Made by a program: the position numbers and the translations under genes. 64,000 nucleotides of DNA from a virus (taxonomy: Duplodnaviria; Caudoviricetes). The notes beneath the pieces are model-generated. The model was not told where the DNA came from, did not search any database, and saw nothing but the letters and a program-made list of their open reading frames with translations. This document shows positions 19,657 to 26,652 of the stretch, one piece after another (the first letter of the stretch is position 1; each line of letters begins with the position of its first letter). The DNA lies in the IMG/VR virus record IMGVR_UViG_2851870198_000001, positions 1 through 64,000 of that record; one strand, written 5' to 3'.

Positions 19657-19913
19657 CAGACGCGGGAGACGTAGCCGTTACGGCGGAGCTGGCGGGCGTA
19701 GTCCGGCGAAACGAGCGCCGTATCCCCCGGCCGGAAGTCAGCGCGGCCAATCCGCAGGTGATGCGCCAGCGTCACCTTCTCCGGCGTCTGCCCGGGCCGC
19801 ATCGGCGGGCCGACCACGACCGGCTCCGGCTTCGCGGCCGTCTCCGGCTCGGCTGGCTTAGCGTCCGCCTCAGCGGCCGCGACGGGGGTGGTGGTCTTCC
19901 TGGTGTTCGTCAT
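19656..19913 (-). CDS. Small hypothetical virion-associated protein (85 aa)
   Basis: ATG 19913 lies 27 bp below a promoter element; its stop overlaps the next start; C-terminal PGDTALVSPDYARQLRRNGY. Confidence 0.65.
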   Translation of the reverse strand: MTNTRKTTTPVAAAEADAKPAEPETAAKPEPVVVGPPMRPGQTPEKVTLAHHLRIGRADFRPGDTALVSPDYARQLRRNGYVSRV

Positions 19914-19957
19914 GAGGTGGAAGGGTGCCCGCACGCGCGGCTAGTGTCGCGCCCTCC

Positions 19958-19994
19958 CACGTCGGGGTGTTCCCCCGGGGAACACCCCGACGTG
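19958..19994. promoter_or_regulatory. 37-bp extended palindrome containing the parS-like core
   Basis: CACGTCGGGGTGTTCCCC-C-GGGGAACACCCCGACGTG; could also terminate the small upstream gene. Confidence 0.75.
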
Positions 19995-20001
19995 TCACGG
20001 G

Positions 20002-20166
20002 TCAGCGCGTCTGGATGAACCAGACGGCGACGGACGCGAGAGCCAAGCCGATGCCGTACGCGAAGCCCCGGACGGCCTCCTTCGTGACCATGTGCGTCCA
20101 TCGGCGCCAGGGCGGCGGTGGCGGCTGGTGGAGCGGCTTGGGCGGATGGTGCCTACACTCCGACAT
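20002..20166 (-). CDS. 54-aa membrane peptide absent from the ORF track
   Basis: GGGAGGAA RBS; MSECRHHPPKPLHQPPPPPWRRWTHMVTKEAVRGFAYGIGLALASVAVWFIQTR with one C-terminal TM helix. Confidence 0.55.
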   Translation of the reverse strand: MSECRHHPPKPLHQPPPPPWRRWTHMVTKEAVRGFAYGIGLALASVAVWFIQTR

Positions 20167-20656
20167 GGAGCTTCCTCCCTGCTAGGTGGGACTGCTTCAC
20201 AGGCAGGAGCCACTCGGCTGAACGCTTGGACGGCTGGGCCGGGTTGGCTCCTGCTTGCCTCGGCAGCGTAGGCCCTTATGGCGAGGGCCTAATTCGGTTC
20301 CAGAGTCAGTCGAACCTCCCGAGCCTCCGAAGCCCGGTCGCGTGAGCGCCCCGCCATGGCCTTGACCTGCATCGCCCTGAGTTGGCCTCAAGTTGGCACA
20401 GGTCAGGCCCAAGTTCGCGGCCGCTGGCAGGGAACCCCTTCGACCAGCACAAACAGAAGACGAGCCTGTTATGCGCATACCGTTGCAGCAGGCGGAGCGC
20501 TGTATGGCAGCCAGCCGCCTTCTCGGCAACGGTTGCTCAGGTGCCTTCCGGGTACACGTGCAACGCCCCTGCGGCACCCGGCAGACTGGGTCCGCACGGA
20601 CGGAAAGACATACGCACCGTGACCCGCTAATGCGCTCACGAGCTTCCGGCGGCGGG

Positions 20657-20672
20657 TGTTCCCCTGGGGAAC
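20657..20672. promoter_or_regulatory. parS-like palindrome just after the neck-gene stop
   Basis: TGTTCCCC-T-GGGGAAC. Confidence 0.65.
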
Positions 20673-20677
20673 GCCTC

Positions 20678-21211
20678 TCAGCGGGCTGCTGCGACCGCCG
20701 CGGCGGCGCGCGCCATGTAGAACACGCCCTTCGCTTCCAGGTTCCCCGGGTAGATCGTGCCGACCTCCGCCGGGACCACCCCGGGTCCCTGCGCAACCAC
20801 GGACACCGTCACCGTCGACCCCGACACCACCGGCGGCAGGGTGCGGATGTTCTTCGAGATCCCGTCCGGGATCGTGTCCGCCCGGCACGCGCAGTACTTG
20901 AGGTTCGCCACCGCGCGCGAGCTCTCGTCCTTCGGCATCAGCATGTACGTCTTCGGGCCGAGACCCCGGTGATCGCGGTCCCACTTCATGCTGTTCAGCT
21001 CGAACCGCAGATTGCCCGGCACCTCCTGGCCGTTCATCTGGATGTGCGTGTGCCGCATCTTGTCGTCGGCGACGGTCACCCACCGCTTCGTCGGCGGCGC
21101 GAACACCTTCGCCTCACGCTCCACCCGCCGCGCGATCTCGTGCACCTTCGGCGCGATCATCACCGCCAGGCGCTGCTCCAGCCCTGGCGCCACATGGAAC
21201 TTGGCCCCCAT
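20678..21211 (-). CDS. Neck/tail-completion protein (HK97 gp10-like position) with a MuF-like insertion (177 aa)
   Basis: Start ATG 21211; EREAKVFAP...AEVGT...FYMARA frame enclosing KRWVTVADDKMRHTH...CACR. Confidence 0.55.
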   Translation of the reverse strand: MGAKFHVAPGLEQRLAVMIAPKVHEIARRVEREAKVFAPPTKRWVTVADDKMRHTHIQMNGQEVPGNLRFELNSMKWDRDHRGLGPKTYMLMPKDESSRAVANLKYCACRADTIPDGISKNIRTLPPVVSGSTVTVSVVAQGPGVVPAEVGTIYPGNLEAKGVFYMARAAAAVAAAR

Positions 21212-21540
21212 CAGGGCACCTCCGGAGGGTTCAGGGTGGCGGTCACCGCGATGTAGTCCGCGGCCGAGTGCCCGGGCACCTTCCGCAGCAGCGCGCTCAC
21301 CACGGTCCACGTGCGGATGCCGTCGCCGATCACGTCGCCTTCCCGCACCCTCCACGCCGCCGGGTCCACCCGCAGCGTCCATGACTCGTCAGCCTGCTCG
21401 GTGGCCGCGCCCGGCCACGTCCCACGCGGAGCAGGCCGGGCATCCGGCGGCGGGGGCACGGGCACGCCGTGCGCGTCCCTTCCCCACGGGTGATCGAGCA
21501 CGTACACCGTCAGCTCCCGGTCCGGGAGGAGCACCGCCAC
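21211..21540 (-). CDS. Head-closure (stopper)-like protein
   Basis: 109 aa, beta-rich, DAHGVP and VREGDVI motifs; synteny after the adaptor. Confidence 0.55.
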   Translation of the reverse strand: MAVLLPDRELTVYVLDHPWGRDAHGVPVPPPPDARPAPRGTWPGAATEQADESWTLRVDPAAWRVREGDVIGDGIRTWTVVSALLRKVPGHSAADYIAVTATLNPPEVP

Positions 21541-21558
21541 GTCACGCCCCTTTCCTGC

Positions 21559-22434
21559 TCACCAGCGGGTGAAGCGGCGGCGGCCGCCGTACGGCCACGG
21601 CGACGCGGCCGCCGTGGGCAGCGGTCGCCACAGCCGACGCCGGTAGGTGTGCAGCGAGTCCAGCGTGGGCAGTGCGCCCGCCTGTCCCGCCGCCGGGGCA
21701 GCCTCATAGCTGATCGACTGGCCCTCGGCGGACACCGACGACACCCGGCGGCCGCCGCCTGCCATCTCCTCGCCGCCCGGCCCGCTGCGGATGCGTTCCG
21801 CGGCGTGCGCGATCACGTAGTGCACGATCGACGTCTCAGCGGCCGCGTCCAGACCGATCAGCAGCCGCACCGTGTACGCGTCGTCGTCGCCCAGCTCGTA
21901 GCTGACGACCTTCACGGCGTCATCGACGTCCGGCACCGGCCACGCCCGCGGATCGGTCAACGCGTGGAACGGCGTCGGCGCCACCTGCCGCAGCGTCTTC
22001 GGCACCGGCACCAGCGGCCGCTGCAGATAGGCCGCCACCTCCCCCTGCGCCTTCTCCAGCGCGGTGCGGAACGTCTCCCGCTGCGCGGCGTTCAAGGGCA
22101 GCGGCACGTGCAGTTCGTCGGCGAGCTGCTCCGGTGAGGCGACCAGCCCGGTGCCGAACGGCATATCGAGCCGCACCGTGCGGTCCGTGACCGGGGCCGC
22201 CCCCTCGCGGGGGGTGAAGGTGACGGTGCACCAGTACCGGCCGTCAGCCAGATCGCCGGGGATCGTGAACTCGTACCGGTCCTCACCGATACGCACAGCC
22301 GGCCCCGCGGTCGCCACCGCGGTGCCGTCACGTTCGGGAGTCGAGTACAGGTCGATCCGGGTGACCTGCCCGCCGTCCGGGCCGGGATCGCACTGCGCCC
22401 CAGCCCACACAGGCCGGTAAGGGAACACCGTCAC
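21559..22434 (-). CDS. Head-tail adaptor with an N-terminal beta-sandwich domain
   Basis: ASPEQLADEL...ALEKAQGEVAAYLQRPL and VSSVSAEGQSISY are adaptor-type motifs. Confidence 0.65.
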   Translation of the reverse strand: MTVFPYRPVWAGAQCDPGPDGGQVTRIDLYSTPERDGTAVATAGPAVRIGEDRYEFTIPGDLADGRYWCTVTFTPREGAAPVTDRTVRLDMPFGTGLVASPEQLADELHVPLPLNAAQRETFRTALEKAQGEVAAYLQRPLVPVPKTLRQVAPTPFHALTDPRAWPVPDVDDAVKVVSYELGDDDAYTVRLLIGLDAAAETSIVHYVIAHAAERIRSGPGGEEMAGGGRRVSSVSAEGQSISYEAAPAAGQAGALPTLDSLHTYRRRLWRPLPTAAASPWPYGGRRRFTRW

Positions 22435-22445
22435 GTCTTCACCTC

Positions 22446-22895
22446 CTACTCGCCGCGCTGCTCACGCAGCCGGGCCAGGATCCGGTCGGCGTCCTCACGC
22501 TTGAGGTCCGCCCCGGCCGGGACCAGCAGGCGGGACGTGGGCGTGCGGTAGGTGCCCATGCCGACGTGCTCCACCAGGCGCACGCGGGAGCGGACCATGT
22601 AGCCGTACGGGGGCAGCGACTCGAACAGCCCGTCGAGGTCGGCCGGCGCCTCGCCGGTCGCCTCATCCACGATGCGGTCCCCCAGCTGCGCCGGGACCAG
22701 GCCCTCGGGCCCGACCGGGGTGTCCGGCGCCTTCGGCGGCTCCGGTACGTCCGGGGGTTCCAGCGGCGCCACGTCCGGCGTCTTCGTCTCCACCGTGCCG
22801 TCGGGCACGGCCTTGTCCTCGGCAGGCTCGGTGGTCTCGCCGGGTTCGGCGGCCGCCTTGTCCTCGGCCGTCTTGCGGGTGCGGGTCGTTGCCAC
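22446..22895 (-). CDS. Hypothetical protein with Pro/Glu-rich N-terminus (149 aa)
   Basis: GTG 22895 with GGAGG RBS; promoter element at 22950-22965. Confidence 0.65.
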   Translation of the reverse strand: MATTRTRKTAEDKAAAEPGETTEPAEDKAVPDGTVETKTPDVAPLEPPDVPEPPKAPDTPVGPEGLVPAQLGDRIVDEATGEAPADLDGLFESLPPYGYMVRSRVRLVEHVGMGTYRTPTSRLLVPAGADLKREDADRILARLREQRGE

Positions 22896-22954
22896 AGCTT
22901 CCTCCAGATGCGCGGGGCTTGAGGGCACACACCCTGACGTCCGGCCCACGCTTA

Positions 22955-22996
22955 CGTCGCGCTGTGCTCACCCGACGCGGACAGCACAGCGCGACG
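22955..22996 (-). terminator. Hairpin after the IPT/TIG gene, overlapping the next promoter element
   Basis: CGTCGCGCTGTGCT-14nt-AGCACAGCGCGACG, perfect 14-bp stem. Confidence 0.6.
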
Positions 22997-23006
22997 CCCG
23001 CGCGGC

Positions 23007-23486
23007 TCAGGAGTAGGTGAAGCCGTTCGTCTGCGTCACCGTCCCCGCCTCATCGCCGACGACGACGCTCACCGCGCCCGCCGCCCCGGCCGGAGTGGTC
23101 ACCTCCAGCCGCCCCGAGGTGAGGACCTTGAGGTTCGTGCCCGCCGTCGCACCGAACTTCACGTCGGCGACGCCGTCGAGGTTCGTGCCGGTGATCGTGA
23201 CCACCGTGCCCCCGGCCGCCGGGCCCGTCGACGGGACGATGGAGGCGATGGTCGCCGGAGGGAACAGCGCGTCGATCTGCGACTGCCGCACCCGCGTGCC
23301 GGCCCGGAACAGCAGCGTCTTGATGGAGCCCTCCGGGGCGCCGTCACGGGTCTCGCGCATGCTGCCCTTGTCGAAGGTGCTGGTCGAGTAGATGTCCTGC
23401 GTGACGATCCGCTCCGGGTCCGGGGCCGCGGACGACGGGAAACCGGCCTTGGTGATGCGGGCGCCAGCGGAGTTGTACAGGCCCAT
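23007..23486 (-). CDS. IPT/TIG (Ig-like) domain protein, probable virion decoration
   Basis: ATG 23486 with AAAGGGG RBS; IASIVPSTGPAAGGTVVTITGTNL...VKFG...VTTPAG...FTYS. Confidence 0.8.
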   Translation of the reverse strand: MGLYNSAGARITKAGFPSSAAPDPERIVTQDIYSTSTFDKGSMRETRDGAPEGSIKTLLFRAGTRVRQSQIDALFPPATIASIVPSTGPAAGGTVVTITGTNLDGVADVKFGATAGTNLKVLTSGRLEVTTPAGAAGAVSVVVGDEAGTVTQTNGFTYS

Positions 23487-23562
23487 GAGGAGCCCCTTTC
23501 TCAGGTGTCGAGTCCCGGCAGGGTGCCCGACTGGGCCCGCTACGGTCGCCCACTGCACCGCG

Positions 23563-24810
23563 TCACAGGATGCGCAGGTCGTCCCACCCGTCGGGGCCGA
23601 CGGAGAACACCATCAGGCCCTGCTGGGACACCTCACCGGAGCGCACCGAGTACCAGTCGGACCCGGAATCGAGGGTGGGCGCCTGGATGTGCAGCCGCCC
23701 GTTGCCGAGCTGCTGCGCACGGAAGTGGTGGTAGTGCCCGGTGACGAGGATCTGCGCGTCGGCGATCGGCTGCCGACCGAACGTCTGCGCCCGCCACCAG
23801 TCCCCGGCCTTCTCCGGGCGGGAGTACTGATGCCCATGGGCCAGGCCCACGACGGTCCCGGCGATGTCGAGGCTCACGGTGTCCCGCCAGCGTTCCGGCA
23901 CCACGAACGACACGTGCCCATACGCGGACTCGTTGCGGGCGTAGGCGTCCGCGACCTGGCTCATGACCTCGATGCCCCAGTCGTCCGCCGGCGGGCCGAC
24001 CGCGTCCTTCCCGCGCCGCACACGGGCGTGGTTGGAGCCGCACGTCGCCGCGACCACCCGTCCGAACCGCCCGGCGAGCCGGTCAAGGCCCTCGAACGTC
24101 AGACGCCTGTGCACGCGGATCATCTCCGTCAACGTCAAATCGTTCGTGAAAGCCTGCTGCGTCGTGTTCTCGAACCCCTCGATGCAGTCCCCGCCATCCA
24201 GCCAGTACGCGGCGGTCGGGGCCCGGCCCACGGCCTTGAGGTCCCGTATGTGGTCGTCCAGCCGGTCGAAGCGGTCAGCGATACGGGCGATCAGCTCCGG
24301 AGTGCCGCCGTCCCGGCCGACCTTGCCCGCCTGGGCGTCGGCGTAGACCACGACCAGGGCCCGCTCGACCGCGCCCACCGCGGGACGGGGCTTGCGCCGT
24401 CTGCGCATCGCATCCCGCACGAGGGTGTCGATGTCCTCGGCGGACTTCCACGCCGGAGTGGCGGGCTCGATCAGGAACCTGCAGCGCCACACGGGCCGGG
24501 TGACGGCGTCTTCGCCCTGGGCGTCGCGGTGCCACGCGGCGGGGTCGTGTCGGGCTTCCACCAGCCGCACACGGAAGTGGTCAGGCACGGCAAGGCCGAG
24601 CTCTTCCACGCGCGCCCGCCAGTCGGCTTCGTCCTGCCCGGGCGCTTCGGCGGCCGGCGCGGTGACGAGCATCGCCCCACCCGGCTCGTAGCGCACGCCC
24701 GGCTCCCAGCCCTTCGGCGCGGCGGCCGCGGGCCGGGTCGTCTCCGGCGGCGTCGACTGCGCGGCCGCGGCCGGGGCCAGCAGCGCGTCCAGTCGGTCAT
24801 CAAGGCTCAT
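23563..24810 (-). CDS. Calcineurin-like metallophosphoesterase (actinophage Mre11-like family)
   Basis: ADAQAGK, GGDCIEG, GSNH, LAHGH, TGHYHH motifs; ATGA overlap with the upstream gene. Confidence 0.8.
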   Translation of the reverse strand: MSLDDRLDALLAPAAAAQSTPPETTRPAAAAPKGWEPGVRYEPGGAMLVTAPAAEAPGQDEADWRARVEELGLAVPDHFRVRLVEARHDPAAWHRDAQGEDAVTRPVWRCRFLIEPATPAWKSAEDIDTLVRDAMRRRRKPRPAVGAVERALVVVYADAQAGKVGRDGGTPELIARIADRFDRLDDHIRDLKAVGRAPTAAYWLDGGDCIEGFENTTQQAFTNDLTLTEMIRVHRRLTFEGLDRLAGRFGRVVAATCGSNHARVRRGKDAVGPPADDWGIEVMSQVADAYARNESAYGHVSFVVPERWRDTVSLDIAGTVVGLAHGHQYSRPEKAGDWWRAQTFGRQPIADAQILVTGHYHHFRAQQLGNGRLHIQAPTLDSGSDWYSVRSGEVSQQGLMVFSVGPDGWDDLRIL

Positions 24811-25076
24811 CGGGGGCACCGGCATCCGTTCGAGGCACCGCGGCGCCGGTGGCGTGCCACGGACGGCGCCTGCACGGGGTAGCCGCTGCCGGTGAGGACG
24901 TCAGCGATCCGTACGGAGGTCACCGTCGGCGTGGTCAGCAACTCGTTCAGCTTGGCCGCTGTGGGGGTGTCGAGAGAGGCCAGGATCGCGCCGACCGTGC
25001 AGCGCATGCCGCGGGGCGGTTCGGGCTCTTCCATGAGCTGGGTCAGGGCCGTGCTCAGGCCGGTGGTGTCTGCCAC
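24807..25076 (-). CDS. Small Cys/His (Zn-binding) HTH-like protein coupled to the phosphoesterase
   Basis: CTVGAIL...RIADVL...SVARHRRR...CRC. Confidence 0.65.
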   Translation of the reverse strand: MADTTGLSTALTQLMEEPEPPRGMRCTVGAILASLDTPTAAKLNELLTTPTVTSVRIADVLTGSGYPVQAPSVARHRRRGASNGCRCPR

Positions 25077-25150
25077 GGCAGTCCTCGCTCTCTGCGTGTG
25101 GGTGCGGGGCCGGGCCGCCTGGTCCGGCCCCGCAGGAGGTCACCGCCAGA

Positions 25151-25174
25151 GGGGCCCGACTAGTGCCGGGCCCC
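25151..25174 (-). terminator. Terminator hairpin after the major capsid gene
   Basis: GGGGCCCG-8nt-CGGGCCCC just past the TAA. Confidence 0.6.
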
Positions 25175-25180
25175 GCCGGA

Positions 25181-26485
25181 TTACACCGGGTCGGTCCACG
25201 TGCCGATGACGAAACTTTCGGGTCGGGAGATCTCGAGAGCCAGCCGCTCGTCGGCACGGAACGTGAGGACGCCCCGCTCGAAGTTGTCGCTGTTCTCCGA
25301 GGAGACCGTGACGGAAACGTTCTCGCGGTCGTAGATCTGCGCGCCCATCCCGAAGGAGCCGAGGACGTACTTCTCGTCGGGCATCGCCGTGGTCTCCACG
25401 ACGTTGATGCGCCACACCTTCTTCTGCGCGCCGACGGCGACCTGCAGCGCGACGCGGAACGCGCCGGTGTCGTCGGTCTCGACCTCGACCTGCTCCCACA
25501 TCGTCGGGGAGAGGACGACGCCGGTCGGCTCGTACTCGGCGAGCAGCGCCTTGGTCATGGCGCGCCGCATCTGGATCGAGAACTTGTCGGTGTTCTGGCC
25601 GGTGTACTGCTGCACGCCCGGGGTGTTGAACAGACCGGTGATGGACTGACCGTCGTTGCCGACGGAGTGCAGCAGGTCGTAGTCCTCCGCGAACTTGATG
25701 CCCTCGATGAGGCGCGAGTTGATGAACTGCTTCAGTCGCGGCTCGTCGGAGAGGATGTTCTTGTGGCCGTCGAGCATGTGGGCGATCTCGGCGACCGGGA
25801 AGGACACCGGCTGCAGGGTGAGCTTCGAGCGGGGCGCCTTGCCGAAGACGTCGCTGTCGGCTCCGGTCGGCGACGAGACACCGTCGGCGGCGCGACGCTC
25901 CGGTACCTGGGCGGCGTTGTTGACCCAGCCGGTCTCACGGATGCCCTGGAGGATCGCGTTCTTCGTGGTGGCCTTCGGGAACAGGTCCCGGATGTGCCAC
26001 TTGCGGCGCTGCGCGTCGGTGATGCCGAGGTCCTGGACGCCACCGAGGGACGGGTGGGTCTGGGTGCCGGCCGACAGGGAAAAGATCGACTTGCCCTCGA
26101 TCTCGGCCCGGATGAACGGGCGGTCCTTGAACTGAGCGGCCGCGGCCGCCTGGTAGGCGTCGGACGCGACGAACATGTCACCGAGGGTCTTGATCTCGGT
26201 GCCGGTGCCGGAGCCGGAGCCGCCGTAGTACTGGCCGGCCGCGGACTTGCCCTCGGGGGCGTCCAGGTACTGGCCGAGCTCCTGGGCGCCGGAGGCGGCC
26301 TCGATGAGGCTCTTGATCTCCTGAGCGTCCTTGACGGCCTTGACGTACGCGTTGCGCTGCTCGGTGGAGACGACGAACGCGCCGTTCTCCTCCTTGAAGG
26401 TGCCTGCGATCCGCTCGGCTTCGGCGGACTTCTCGTTGAGCTGCTGCTTGAGGTTGCGGAGCAGGCTCTTGTCGGTGGGGGCCAT
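25181..26485 (-). CDS. HK97-fold major capsid protein (434 aa)
   Basis: ATG 26485 with AGGAG RBS; helical delta domain, IRDLFP, AAQVPE, EDYDLL, ITGLFN, FERGVLTFRADERLALEISRPESF. Confidence 0.92.
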   Translation of the reverse strand: MAPTDKSLLRNLKQQLNEKSAEAERIAGTFKEENGAFVVSTEQRNAYVKAVKDAQEIKSLIEAASGAQELGQYLDAPEGKSAAGQYYGGSGSGTGTEIKTLGDMFVASDAYQAAAAAQFKDRPFIRAEIEGKSIFSLSAGTQTHPSLGGVQDLGITDAQRRKWHIRDLFPKATTKNAILQGIRETGWVNNAAQVPERRAADGVSSPTGADSDVFGKAPRSKLTLQPVSFPVAEIAHMLDGHKNILSDEPRLKQFINSRLIEGIKFAEDYDLLHSVGNDGQSITGLFNTPGVQQYTGQNTDKFSIQMRRAMTKALLAEYEPTGVVLSPTMWEQVEVETDDTGAFRVALQVAVGAQKKVWRINVVETTAMPDEKYVLGSFGMGAQIYDRENVSVTVSSENSDNFERGVLTFRADERLALEISRPESFVIGTWTDPV

Positions 26486-26588
26486 TTCGGTTGCACTCTC
26501 CTGTGCTGGATGGGCGATTGCGTGCGTCGCTCGCCCGGCCAGCACCGGGACGCCTCGAACGCGGAGGCGATGGAAGAGCACATGCGTG

Positions 26589-26604
26589 GTTAGCGTCTCG
26601 GGCT
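26589..26604 (-). promoter_or_regulatory. Late-promoter element upstream of the major capsid gene
   Basis: AGCCCGAGACGCTAAC matches the consensus. Confidence 0.55.
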
Positions 26605-26652
26605 CCCGTCTCGCGCGGAACGCGGAGCTGAGAGCCCGAGGTTGAGGAGGGA

